The position numbers were made by a program, and so were the translations under genes. Positions 22,601 through 30,862 of a stretch of DNA of 32,000 nucleotides are shown here, in pieces. The notes below the pieces were generated by a model. The model saw nothing but the letters and a program-made list of their open reading frames with translations. It was not told the origin of the DNA and did not search any database. Origin of the DNA: Ferroglobus placidus DSM 10642 (GTDB lineage Archaea > Halobacteriota > Archaeoglobi > Archaeoglobales > Archaeoglobaceae); NCBI RefSeq assembly GCF_000025505.1, contig NC_013849.1:570001-602000 (forward strand), read 5' to 3'. Position 1 is the stretch's first letter. Every line of letters begins with the position of its first letter.

Positions 22601-25206
22601 ATCTCGTTAGTAAGGAGCCGGCTGTTCTCTACATCTACGATTATTCTTCAAATTCCTGGGGAAGAAGTTTCGAGTTAAACGCCACAGCCTGGAAGAAGTT
22701 CAGAATTCAGCTGAATCCAAACGAGTATCAGGGTGGTGTAGTCAAGATAAAAATTGACGACAAAAACAAGGGAATTGACACGATTCAGGATTACGTGAAA
22801 TTCAAATATCTGCTTGTTCAAAGCGACACCGGCAAACCCTATCCGTGCGAGCAGTGTCACGCCTCAGAAAAACACGAAAATCCAGCTCTTGGAAGCATAA
22901 TAGCGATTATGGGTAGCAACAAGATAAACACGACCGATCTGAACAACTCTTACTGGTGCATCCAGTGCCACTGGAAGAATGCTGCAAACTACACCGAGAT
23001 GATAAATGAATACAACTTAACGAGGGGATTACCGGTTCCGCCCGAAATAACCAACGGAACTTACGCCTATCCGGTGGCGAGGGACGGGACTAAGCATGTG
23101 GATCACACAGACTGGATCAATCAGTACGGCTACTCAGACAGAGCGTGTGCTTTATGCCACGCAACCTACTTCGTTGACGGGGTTACGACGACTACTGAAA
23201 TCATCCACGACACTGAGGTTGGAACGAACTGGACGAGAGACTACCTCTTCGCTGAGTGCATAAACTGCCATTCAACCGACGTCAACACTTCCAACTTCGG
23301 CAGACACGTAAACCTTGAGAGTGACGGAGGATTAACCTACAAGGATTGTATTAAATGCCATTACAAGCTGGGAGGGATGGGATATAACTACACCGCTACG
23401 GTGGGACTGAATCTGTACGATTGCAGGAGCTGCCACACGCCAGAGGGAGAGTCCAATTTAAAACCTGCCGATTCAAATCTCATAATTGTCAACTTCTCTC
23501 ACGGAACCAATCTCTGCTCCAATTGCCACTATCCGAAGGGAGACTACCACAACGATTATTCCGATCCTCTCGGCACTGTCGAAGCTCCCGGGTGGAGCGG
23601 ATGGGTTAACGGCACTCCTGTAAGCTGTAACGACTGTCACTTTGAGAGAAACCTTGATGACGAGCCATTCCATGCCCCGGGAATAAGCAGGTTTAAAGCT
23701 TCTTACAGCTCCTGTTCCGGTTCAAACTGCCACGGAGACGGTAGGATACATAGCGTAAAGCCAAGAGATCTGGATGTTGAGCCATTCGTAAGCGTAAGCC
23801 TGAACAGAACGTGGATAAATCCGGGAGAATCCATACTTGTTACAGCAAAGGTAAGTGGTAAGGGGTCACAGATCAGCTACGCCTATTATGAGCTGTTGGA
23901 CATGGACGGCAAGGTAATCTCTTCAGCAGATCTCTATCCAAAAGACGGTGAGTGGGGTGGCGTTGATAGTACTATTTTAGGAAACGGTTACGAGGAGTTT
24001 GAGTTCGTGATAAATGGCTCGGTAACTTCTGCACTTAAAGCCGGAATTTACAAAGTTAGAGTTACTGCAATGCAGGACGCTCCTAAGAGCAGAGAAGGAA
24101 GTTACTACCCAAGAAACGGAGCTTACGGAAGTGGTTACGCTGAATTCAGCGTCGGAGAGGCTGGAAGCCTTGCCACAAACTTCGACTTTGAGGCTTTAAA
24201 CGTTTCCGGGTGGTTCGTTAACTGGAAGAAAGTAATTGTTTCAGGAAACCCCGTTATTGAGAGCAGTGATGCGGTATATCACTCTTACAACCACTCCCTT
24301 CACATATCCTCTTCAGCGGGAGATGACTGCTATGTTCAGTCGATAAACGTGAGCGTGACTGAAGGAGAGAAATACTTACTTCTCGTGTGGGTTAAAGGAA
24401 GTGCCGATTTTGCCGGGATAAGCATTAATCAGTGGAATTCATCAAACCTTGTCTCTTCAACCGATCCTGTAGGTATAATCGGCTCCACAAGCGACTGGAC
24501 TCAGTTCGGAATAATCTTCGATGCATTAGGAGATTTGATAAACGTTCAGCTGCACGTTAAAGGAAACGCTGACATCTATTTCGACGACGTCAAGTTATTG
24601 AGAATGCCTTCATACAAAGTGGTCGGACCAGTAAACGGAGATTTCGAATATAATGAGGATGATCTTACCCTGAAAAACGCTGAGGAGTGGCAACAGTATT
24701 ATGGATACGTTAACGGAAAAGATCCGGCTGTAAAAGCCTGGGAGCCTTACACGAGTGATGCGGGAATAAATGTGAGCAAAGTATATTCCGGAGTTCAGGC
24801 TGTCGAGATCGACGGAACAGGCTTCTGGGTTTCACCGGGAGGTTACGACAGGATGCAGGATGACAGCAGTGGAGTTTGGTTTAACGCTTCGAAGTATTAC
24901 GTTGACAAATACGGCATCTTCGTGGATAAACCGTACTACCTCGTCTCGTTTGCGATGTTCGCAGATAGAATTAATGACTACGCAGGAATGAACATTACGT
25001 TCTGGGTATACGATAAAAGCAATGGTGATTACTTCCAGATTTCTGATCTCGGCTTCGTTGTCGGAACGAGGGAAAACATGTCCGACTACGTTGTCGGAGT
25101 TGTCAATGTCACCATACCCTTCATCTCCAACCTGATGGAGATAAGGCTTGAAGCATCTAACAGCCACGTGGTGTTCGACGATGTCAGGATTTATGAAGTT
25201 CAGTAA
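19612..25206 (+). CDS. Giant secreted multihaem c-type cytochrome (23 CXXCH plus 1 CX4CH) with an internal jelly-roll insertion and a C-terminal Ig-like domain plus two CBM4_9-like domains
   Basis: The signal is MRLKAIALAIIIFFSLAYLTEA/KG. An N-terminal Ig-like domain follows, then 15 CXXCH motifs and a ~326-aa Cys-free insert (21868-22845). After the insert come 8 CXXCH motifs plus CSGSNCH and an Ig-like domain. The two C-terminal domains end in YFDDVKLL and VFDDVRIY. Confidence 0.95.
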   Translation: MRLKAIALAIIIFFSLAYLTEAKGVPSKVIVWTDKKLYHPWYIYSDRGMKTGNVDYATMKVYVAVLDDDGNFMSGRNVRVYIVDEYRYDHYDKGDSSYHHNNQSTGGLFINTFISLSDSDGDGVYEGTVSLDSYLDNDYSNLKDDHLRIKVVAEDVDSGLIGLTYILASPLSCICHKDYSDKYDPTNKEPTKDLAHGDHVNEQQDKPSDICTVCHYGYEHFYENITDTIPDGYKDVHFYKQNPPDVTYSVKGGEFANYDWNSTWINTSLNSFSWAEKSGGGAPYCANCHINSSTGQVYDWDSSSEIVQCTNCHSETGMENTVPPSAYNSYGTAGKGDVSHYNSSRSGALGRGVACGVCHNSVHSLQLPNESYKEYYIAEQCWSCHNVSGGIDLDSSDSIPNSVSTHPEVTNDCRACHLDNNLALDSHSVPVAEPPSPNCVKCHDIGGKSLVHVDVSAMNTTENRHYNLNNRTDPTANGLRWENRLCWACHGEDDNGDGVIEYSEQPPDQHPAKYRNPRMCTDCHKNATYGSLIGAPQVSRHTWYDSVINTPAVTYCGDCHGLPENVLPNADEEFTYESAAAHYGRYRYDLINLLETDPDAFCNYCHQNETSPYPFANPENKIRPEHSNTGTPPECVECHGLGNIHSTNLTIPSVNDQLCQKCHPDKQPHNGTIGCVECHMNNTPSYIHPMTFLQPDGSVSTSKLTAVSCYDCHKSNKLDNLLISWGATRLPKVKNQHHSESPINGSKWNDYWSYQPRYLTFASSYSVSEGYVQDFSNMMSVSNNFSIIYEAPKGGIAAFKGTFPSNQGFDSNYDGWSYSAESPATAGYDPSYGNPAGSIYSYIYTRLRTTSYYSTEWVSAFVYEKNKPVAYAKFSFDYRVTATTRLNEIKITAYIEDPDGIRYQVYQVSKTSPDVTWNKVEVEMSNPDSVFSKSGVYKIILKTEFGLTTYKGSKEGKVYFDNVKLEINEEEYQQYEVVVQFENVPNTQYTLNLEGEYLVSKEPAVLYIYDYSSNSWGRSFELNATAWKKFRIQLNPNEYQGGVVKIKIDDKNKGIDTIQDYVKFKYLLVQSDTGKPYPCEQCHASEKHENPALGSIIAIMGSNKINTTDLNNSYWCIQCHWKNAANYTEMINEYNLTRGLPVPPEITNGTYAYPVARDGTKHVDHTDWINQYGYSDRACALCHATYFVDGVTTTTEIIHDTEVGTNWTRDYLFAECINCHSTDVNTSNFGRHVNLESDGGLTYKDCIKCHYKLGGMGYNYTATVGLNLYDCRSCHTPEGESNLKPADSNLIIVNFSHGTNLCSNCHYPKGDYHNDYSDPLGTVEAPGWSGWVNGTPVSCNDCHFERNLDDEPFHAPGISRFKASYSSCSGSNCHGDGRIHSVKPRDLDVEPFVSVSLNRTWINPGESILVTAKVSGKGSQISYAYYELLDMDGKVISSADLYPKDGEWGGVDSTILGNGYEEFEFVINGSVTSALKAGIYKVRVTAMQDAPKSREGSYYPRNGAYGSGYAEFSVGEAGSLATNFDFEALNVSGWFVNWKKVIVSGNPVIESSDAVYHSYNHSLHISSSAGDDCYVQSINVSVTEGEKYLLLVWVKGSADFAGISINQWNSSNLVSSTDPVGIIGSTSDWTQFGIIFDALGDLINVQLHVKGNADIYFDDVKLLRMPSYKVVGPVNGDFEYNEDDLTLKNAEEWQQYYGYVNGKDPAVKAWEPYTSDAGINVSKVYSGVQAVEIDGTGFWVSPGGYDRMQDDSSGVWFNASKYYVDKYGIFVDKPYYLVSFAMFADRINDYAGMNITFWVYDKSNGDYFQISDLGFVVGTRENMSDYVVGVVNVTIPFISNLMEIRLEASNSHVVFDDVRIYEVQ

Positions 25207-25246
25207 TGGAAAAAACTTAAAGTCCATTTCAACATTTCGAAGTTCC

Positions 25247-25678
25247 ATGAAAAAGCTACTCTTTACAGCTATTATTCTTTCATTGTTTCTATCCTTTGGC
25301 TGTATTCAAAGGGAAGTTCAGAAAGCTCCGGTAATTGAGGTGAATTTTACTCATTATGTTATTGAAGGACATCATTTGCTTAAGATAAGTGATGCTAAGG
25401 TTAGGTACATAGAGGTCGATAAAGTTAGCTTAAAAAAATACCCGGATTTCCCCGGAATTCATGTTTTTGGAGTGTACAGTAAAGGAGTTACCCCCGTTTA
25501 CGTGCTACCGGTGGAGGTGGAAGGTAATTTAACTGGTTACGTGGGGTTCGAAAAAGATAAGGTTCCGGAAAATAACCAGAGCGTTCTTATTGTTGTTGCT
25601 GTTAGAGATGCAAAAGGGAACGATTTGGCTGTAGCTCGGAAGGTGATAGTATGGCAGTTGGAAGAAAAACAATCTTGA
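25247..25678 (+). CDS. Small putative lipoprotein, hypothetical
   Basis: [21 protein letters not shown] has a lipobox-like LSFGC. The track ORF from 25148 would overlap the end of giant 3, so in-frame ATG 25247 is preferred. Confidence 0.6.
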   Translation: MKKLLFTAIILSLFLSFGCIQREVQKAPVIEVNFTHYVIEGHHLLKISDAKVRYIEVDKVSLKKYPDFPGIHVFGVYSKGVTPVYVLPVEVEGNLTGYVGFEKDKVPENNQSVLIVVAVRDAKGNDLAVARKVIVWQLEEKQS

Positions 25679-26811
25679 CTTTATTTTTAGTAGTTTTTGC
25701 ATTATCCGTTGCCTCGGCATATGTGCCGTATTTTCCTGTGAAGGTTTACCCTTCAAATCCCGATAATGGCACAGTAGTTTACGTTTCCGTTGAAAACACC
25801 GGAGGTTACGGGAAGTATTGCATTTTCAGCTGGTATCACAATAACCAGCTGGTTCAGCAAAACAAAATTGAGATTACCGGAAGTTCAGCGGAAGATTATA
25901 GAATAGTCACCTACGGAAGCTGGAGAGTGAGAGTGGACGTTTACGACTATTACGATCAGCTGATAAACTTCACCGAAGTTTCATTTGCAGTTATACTTTA
26001 TCAAGCTCCGGTGGTAGATTTTACTTTTTCACCTCAAAATCCCGAGGCTGGAGATGTTGTAGAGTTTGACGCTTCAGCAAGCTACGATCCTGATGGAGGA
26101 GATATTGCTGAATACTCTTGGGATTTCGGTGATGGGGCAACGATAACAACAGGTGATCCAGTGGTCACGCACATATACGCTGAAGAAGGTGAGTACGTGG
26201 TTACGCTTAAAGTAACAGATGACGAAGGAGTATCTTCCGAAATTTCGAAGACTGTTAGAGTCGTTGCTACTCCGACACCCACGCCAACACCAACTCCAAC
26301 TCCGACACCAACCGCAACGCCAGAAGTTACGCCAACTCCAACACCGACTCCAACTCCGATGGAGACTGTAACGCCAACTCCAACACCGGCAGAGGAGACA
26401 CCCACGCCAACTCCTACTCCAACCCCAACTCCGACACCCACATCATCAACATCAGGTGGATTTTCTGGAAGTGGAGGCGGTGGAGGAAGCTATACTACCA
26501 CGCCAACTCCGACACCAACTCCATCTCCCACACAATCTCCTACTCCAACCCCAACACCAAAGATCACGCAAACTCCAGCACCTACTTCGACTCCAACGCC
26601 AACTCCAACAGCTACGCCGGAAGCAACACCAACCGCTGAAATAGTTAAAACTGAAACCCCCAAACCGGAAAAAGCGCAGGAGAAACCAACTCCAACGCCT
26701 TTCAATGAAAGCAAAGAAATCCCCGTGAGAGAAGAGAAGAAACGAATTCCCGCTTTAGAAGCACTGTACGCGTTGCTGCTAATTGTTGCGGTAGCTTTGC
26801 TGAGAAGGTAG
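25651..26811 (+). CDS. Surface protein: signal peptide, beta domain, PKD domain, long Thr/Pro linker, C-terminal TM anchor
   Basis: The signal is [23 protein letters not shown]. The PKD signature is [70 protein letters not shown]. The TP-rich tract is ~140 aa. The C-terminus is [21 protein letters not shown]. Confidence 0.85.
   Translation: MAVGRKTILTLFLVVFALSVASAYVPYFPVKVYPSNPDNGTVVYVSVENTGGYGKYCIFSWYHNNQLVQQNKIEITGSSAEDYRIVTYGSWRVRVDVYDYYDQLINFTEVSFAVILYQAPVVDFTFSPQNPEAGDVVEFDASASYDPDGGDIAEYSWDFGDGATITTGDPVVTHIYAEEGEYVVTLKVTDDEGVSSEISKTVRVVATPTPTPTPTPTPTPTATPEVTPTPTPTPTPMETVTPTPTPAEETPTPTPTPTPTPTPTSSTSGGFSGSGGGGGSYTTTPTPTPTPSPTQSPTPTPTPKITQTPAPTSTPTPTPTATPEATPTAEIVKTETPKPEKAQEKPTPTPFNESKEIPVREEKKRIPALEALYALLLIVAVALLRR
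26269..26700 (+). repeat. Thr/Pro-rich low-complexity linker coding region, interrupted by a Gly/Ser patch at ~26446-26490
   Basis: TPTPTPTP runs use mixed codons. The antisense GVGVGV ORFs (26082..26441 and 26490..26714) are artefacts of this tract. Confidence 0.9.
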
Positions 26812-27654
26812 TCAGTAAATCAGCCTTTGTATCGGCAGAATGAGTATGTCCTTGGCTCCAATTCTTTTTAACTCCTCAACCACCTCGAGTAACCTGTCTT
26901 CGTGGATAACAACATGAACAGCCATCATTCCGTCAGCGTCAACCTTCATTATCGTCGGTCCCTTCAGTCCGGGGGCAACTTTTTTCACTTCTTCAAGCCT
27001 GCTTTCGTGGACGTTCATCATCAAATAAACCATTCCCCTCGCGTTTATCACGCTTTGCAAAGCCGTAATTAAAGCTTTGACGTGGAAGTTCTCTTTCTCC
27101 TTTTTGTTCACTATCAGAACAGCCTCAGTTTCAAGAACCTCCTCAACAACTTCGAGCCCGTTCATTCTAAGAGTTGTGCCGGTGGAAGTTAAGTCGAGGA
27201 TTGCATCGGCAACGCCAATAGCTGGAGCGTTTTCGCAGGCTCCGCTGACTTTTATTATCTCAACGTTAACTCCCTTCTCGGAGAAAAACTTTTTCGCAAT
27301 GTTCTCGAATTCCGTAGCAACTCTTTTTCCTTCGAGATCTCTTAAGCTTTTTATCCCGGAATCTCTCGGAGCCGCAACAACAAGCTTAGCCTTCCCAAAT
27401 CCGAGTTTTAAAGCTACATCAACGTCGAATCCGCTCTCAACAACTATGTCGTAGCCAGTAATTCCAGCCTGAGCGGCGTTCATGTAAACGTACTCTGGAA
27501 TGTCTCTCGCTCTCGCGAAGAGAATCTTTATGTTCTCGTTGTTCGTGTTGGCTATAAGCTTTCTGTCTTCGCTCTCCACTTTTATTCCAGCTTCTCTCAG
27601 CATTTCCATAGCCGGAGAGCTTAGCCTTCCCTTGTTTGGCACGGCTATTATCAT
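26812..27654 (-). CDS. hisG: ATP phosphoribosyltransferase, long form
   Basis: MIIAVPNKGRLSSPAMEMLREAGI, ARARDIPEYV, GITGYDIV and DLTSTGTTLRMNGL are present, along with a C-terminal regulatory domain. The stop abuts the stop of the PKD gene with zero spacer. Confidence 0.92.
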   Translation of the reverse strand: MIIAVPNKGRLSSPAMEMLREAGIKVESEDRKLIANTNNENIKILFARARDIPEYVYMNAAQAGITGYDIVVESGFDVDVALKLGFGKAKLVVAAPRDSGIKSLRDLEGKRVATEFENIAKKFFSEKGVNVEIIKVSGACENAPAIGVADAILDLTSTGTTLRMNGLEVVEEVLETEAVLIVNKKEKENFHVKALITALQSVINARGMVYLMMNVHESRLEEVKKVAPGLKGPTIMKVDADGMMAVHVVIHEDRLLEVVEELKRIGAKDILILPIQRLIY

Positions 27655-27707
27655 TGAAATTGAAGTTGGGGGAATAGCTTTAAAACTTTTTCAAGTTAAA
27701 GAATTGT

Positions 27708-28106
27708 ATGAAAGTAAGCGAAGCACCGAAAACCTCTACCTCCATTATAGTCAGAAGTGCCGCCAACGCGAGAGTTTCCCAGTCGAAGAACCCTTTTTTG
27801 GAGCTAATGAGAAGGGTGTTCAGAAAGGAGGAAGTTGCGCTAAAAGCCGTGAAGTTCGTTACGATGATAGAAGAGAGGCAGAAAAGCGGAAAACCGCTTA
27901 GAGTTGAAGAGTGGGAGGAAATAATGAAGGAGCTGGGAATGAATCGATCCTCTTTTTATTCTATGCGAAACAAACTGCTCGGAGCCGGAATGATATCTAT
28001 AAGAAACGGAGAGTACAGGCTTTCGGGAGCTTTTAGCAAGGATCTCGTTGACATGGCGAGGTGGTGGTGGACGGCAGTTCTGGGAAATGATCCGGAAACG
28101 CTATAA
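27708..28106 (+). CDS. Hypothetical small winged-helix-like protein (start uncertain)
   Basis: [30 protein letters not shown] resembles a wHTH. An internal ATG near 27806 (MRRVFRKEE) is an alternative start. Confidence 0.5.
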   Translation: MKVSEAPKTSTSIIVRSAANARVSQSKNPFLELMRRVFRKEEVALKAVKFVTMIEERQKSGKPLRVEEWEEIMKELGMNRSSFYSMRNKLLGAGMISIRNGEYRLSGAFSKDLVDMARWWWTAVLGNDPETL

Positions 28107-28144
28107 TTCGCTAAGGTTTTAAGGGTAAGCGGCGAGATGAGTTT

Positions 28145-28438
28145 ATGAAAGTCGCAATTCCAACGGACGACGGTGTTAGAGTTTCGGAGCATTTCGGCAG
28201 AGCAAAATTCGTTTACATAACCGACGGAAAGGAAAGCAAGTTAGTAGAAAATCCCCACGTGCCTAAGAGAGGTCACAAAGCTCTACCAAGGCTTTTGAAA
28301 GAGGAAGGTGTTGAAGTGGTTTTTGCGAAACACGTGGGAGAGGGAATGAGAGAAAATTTGAAGGAGTTCGGGATAAGAGTGGAGATAGTGGGAGAGGATG
28401 AGATCTCAAAGCTCGTCGATCGCCTTAAGAGTTCTTGA
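28145..28438 (+). CDS. NifX/NifB-C-terminal-like protein (dinitrogenase FeMo-cofactor biosynthesis domain family)
   Basis: MKVAIPTDDGVRVSEHFGRAKFVYI ... GVEVVFAKHVGEGMRENLKEFGIRV is typical of this ~100-aa family. Confidence 0.8.
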   Translation: MKVAIPTDDGVRVSEHFGRAKFVYITDGKESKLVENPHVPKRGHKALPRLLKEEGVEVVFAKHVGEGMRENLKEFGIRVEIVGEDEISKLVDRLKSS

Positions 28439-29537
28439 AGAGCTGATAAAGATCGACACGAGAAACCCTCCGGGGAGAACGAGCGAAGCTGTCGACTTCC
28501 TTGAGAACGTTTTTTCGAGCTACGAAACGAGAGTTTACGAAGCTGAAGAGGGCAAGGAGAACCTTGTGGTCGAAATAAGCAAAGGGAAGAAAACTCTGAT
28601 GTTTAACTCGCACCTCGACACGGTTCCGGCGAAGGGGATCCTTTTAAATCCTGTTTTCGTTGACGGAAAGGTTTACGGAAGAGGTAGCTGCGACGCTAAA
28701 GGGTGCGTCGCTGCAATTGTGGAAGCTTTCCTGAACTTCGAACCGGAAGTTGGAGTAAAGCTGAGCTTCACGGCTGACGAGGAGGTTGGTGGAAAGCTCG
28801 GCTTAGACTACGTTCTTGAAAAAGAAAGAGCTGATTATGTAATAGTCTCTGAGCCTTTCGGCAGCGACAGCATTGGAGTAGCTCAGGCGAAGGTTTATTC
28901 AGTGGATGTGATTGTGAAGGGAAGCTCCGGACATACAGCTTCGGCGGACGTTAAAAGAGGAGCGATTTACAAAGCTTCAAAACTAATAGTAAGTGCGGTG
29001 GATTTCTTCAGCTCGATTGACAGAAGAGACCTCGAAAGTCTTCAAAAACTCCTTGAAGTTCCGGTGGAGATAAGAGGGAGAGGTGTTGCAGCATTTAATC
29101 CGGCGATAATAGAGGGAGGAGTTAAGAGAAACGTCGTCGCTGAGAAATGCGTAATAAAAGCTGATGTAAGGATGATGCCTTGGATTAGCGAAGAAGAAAT
29201 TTTCTCGAAGCTAATCGATAAAGATGTCGAGCTTATTGTTCAGGGAGTTCTGAAACCTTACGGAATAAGCTTCGACGGAGTCGATTTGAACGAGGATCTA
29301 AAATTTTTCGAAATTATAAAAAGTTCGATAGCTTCCTTCGGCTTAAAACCCAAAGCCACCGTCTCTCTCGGCGTGGGAGATATAAGACATGCGAGAAAAA
29401 GGGGAATTCCAGCTTTTTACCTCGGTCCTAAAGGAGAAAATCTGCACGCCGACGATGAATTCGTTTACATCGACGAGATTTTTAGAGTTGCGAAAATCTA
29501 CAGAAAAATTGCCGAGAAGCTTGCCGAGATCACTTGA
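28398..29537 (+). CDS. M20 family metallopeptidase (ArgE/DapE/LysK-like deacylase)
   Basis: The metal-binding boxes are NSHLDTVPA, GRGSCDAKG and ADEEVGG, with a GSSGHTA dimerisation-domain region. Substrate specificity is not assignable from sequence. Confidence 0.85.
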   Translation: MRSQSSSIALRVLEELIKIDTRNPPGRTSEAVDFLENVFSSYETRVYEAEEGKENLVVEISKGKKTLMFNSHLDTVPAKGILLNPVFVDGKVYGRGSCDAKGCVAAIVEAFLNFEPEVGVKLSFTADEEVGGKLGLDYVLEKERADYVIVSEPFGSDSIGVAQAKVYSVDVIVKGSSGHTASADVKRGAIYKASKLIVSAVDFFSSIDRRDLESLQKLLEVPVEIRGRGVAAFNPAIIEGGVKRNVVAEKCVIKADVRMMPWISEEEIFSKLIDKDVELIVQGVLKPYGISFDGVDLNEDLKFFEIIKSSIASFGLKPKATVSLGVGDIRHARKRGIPAFYLGPKGENLHADDEFVYIDEIFRVAKIYRKIAEKLAEIT

Positions 29538-30231
29538 GAAATATAACGTTGCCTCTCCCTTTCTTGTACTTCTCTATAATCCCTCTCCTTTCCAGATCCG
29601 CAAGCATTAAACTAAGCTTAGCTTCGCTAACTCCGAGCCTTTCCCTCAGCTCTTTTTGAGTTATCCTTCCTCCGGCAGCTTTAATCTCTTCAACGACCCT
29701 CTTCAAATCTTCTGGAAGTTCTTCTCGTATTTCCTCCTCTTTCGCTCTTTTCATTCTCAACGCAAAGTAAAAAATCGGAGCCGCTAATAGGAGCAGAGAG
29801 TAATAAATCGTGACATCTTTTTCCTCTTTCACCTCGACTTCTTCGAAGGTTATGTTCCCGAGCTTCGGCTCCTCTATCTCTATAACTGGCACGAGCAGCA
29901 AATCTATTCTGTAAACACCTTCCTTCACGACAGTGACGTTCTCCTCAGCCATCATCACGAGTTCTCCGTCTTCATAATACTTAGCCACGATCTTGTAACT
30001 TCCCGGAGTAACGTTGAAAGAGTAACTTCCGTCCTTGCTCAAAATCTTCTGCTCCGGAGTTGTGTTTATTTCTACAATAACGTTCGAAAGAGGCTCGAAA
30101 TTTTCCCAGGAGTAGACTTTACCCTCTATGATCGCAGCTGAGGACAATTTTATTAAAAGTAGAAATAGCAAACTAAATTTCAAAGCTTTCGAGATCGTCT
30201 GGAAAGCTCGCATCGACACCATGTTTCTCAA
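29530..30231 (-). CDS. Membrane-tethered wHTH regulator with an extracellular CarboxypepD_reg-like beta-sandwich
   Basis: A signal or anchor is followed by IIEGKVYSW...VIVEINTT...DGSYSFNVTPGSYKIVAKY (carboxypeptidase-regulatory-like fold). A TM helix (IYYSLLLLAAPIFYFAL) comes next, then a cytoplasmic wHTH (ITQKELRERLGVSEAKLSLMLADLERRGIIEK). The exact start is uncertain (M1, M4 or M7). Confidence 0.7.
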   Translation of the reverse strand: MRNMVSMRAFQTISKALKFSLLFLLLIKLSSAAIIEGKVYSWENFEPLSNVIVEINTTPEQKILSKDGSYSFNVTPGSYKIVAKYYEDGELVMMAEENVTVVKEGVYRIDLLLVPVIEIEEPKLGNITFEEVEVKEEKDVTIYYSLLLLAAPIFYFALRMKRAKEEEIREELPEDLKRVVEEIKAAGGRITQKELRERLGVSEAKLSLMLADLERRGIIEKYKKGRGNVIFLK

Positions 30232-30862
30232 CGAACTCTTTTATTTTACTTCTATTTTCGTAAGCTTCCGGATACATGTGAACGAAGTAAGCTTTTTTTA
30301 CTCTCGCATTCTCCACGAAGTTTTCTGGAGTCGTGTGGTCTACAGCTTTATATCCGAAGTTCAGAGACATTTCGTGAATCGCTATTTCTACATCTTCGTA
30401 GAGTTCGGGAAAGCTTCTAGTGTCTCCGCTTATCAGCAAATTCTCTATTTTGTAGGCGTAGTTGATTATCGCGTGCTTTCCTTCTCTCACTTCGAACTTC
30501 ATCGAGCCGAATTTTGGCTTATCCTTCGTTACAACCTTCACTTTTGTTCTCAAATAAGGGTACGCTTCTAAAACAGCTTCGAGATTTTCTTTCGCAAATG
30601 GAGCAAAAAGATCGATTTTTTCGTCGCTCTCAAGCCACCTCGCTTTCAAAATCCCTATGAGTTCTCCGCAGTGATCTGTGTGAAAGTGGGTGATTAGTAT
30701 TGCGTCCAAATCCGAGGGAGAGTAGCCAGCCTCCTCCAGCCTGAGCATGCATCCGAATCCGCAATCGACGAGAATGAGCTTGTCGTCTTCGATGAGCAAG
30801 CTGCTCTGGGCTTTTTTAGCGAGAGGTACAGCTACGCCAGTGCCAAGAAATGTGACCTTCAT
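30173..30862 (-). CDS. MBL-fold metallo-hydrolase
   Basis: It contains the ILITHFHTDHCGEL (HxHxDH) motif and the N-terminal MKVTFLGTG. Its start overlaps the cca stop by 4 nt, and it overlaps the downstream gene by ~40-60 nt. Confidence 0.8.
   Translation of the reverse strand: MKVTFLGTGVAVPLAKKAQSSLLIEDDKLILVDCGFGCMLRLEEAGYSPSDLDAILITHFHTDHCGELIGILKARWLESDEKIDLFAPFAKENLEAVLEAYPYLRTKVKVVTKDKPKFGSMKFEVREGKHAIINYAYKIENLLISGDTRSFPELYEDVEIAIHEMSLNFGYKAVDHTTPENFVENARVKKAYFVHMYPEAYENRSKIKEFVEKHGVDASFPDDLESFEI

Noticed and set aside
3961-25206. In-frame stop codons (Sec/Pyl recoding), introns or RNA genes within the cluster
   Set aside because: All eight cytochrome frames are uninterrupted. The intergenic spacers are short and A/T-rich, and I could see no tRNA- or rRNA-like structure by eye.
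25148-25246. Upstream extension of the lipoprotein ORF (start at 25148)
   Set aside because: It would overlap the last 59 nt of giant 3 and add a non-signal-like N-terminus. The in-frame ATG 25247 gives a classic signal plus lipobox.
26269-26700. Periodic short repeats that might be mistaken for a CRISPR array or microsatellite
   Set aside because: The period is 6 nt (Thr-Pro codons) with mixed synonymous codons, and the tract lies inside a continuous ORF. There is no repeat-spacer structure. No CRISPR array was seen anywhere in the window.
26082-26714. GVGVGV-repeat ORFs on the minus strand (26082..26441, 26490..26714) and the + ORF 26456..26644
   Set aside because: They are the reverse complement or frame-shifted reading of the Thr/Pro linker of the PKD protein, so they are translation artefacts of low-complexity DNA.
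27077-27901. Plus-strand ORFs 27077..27454 and 27500..27901
   Set aside because: They are antisense to the well-supported hisG or run through its promoter region, and their translations are Ser/Thr/Phe-rich with no recognisable motifs.
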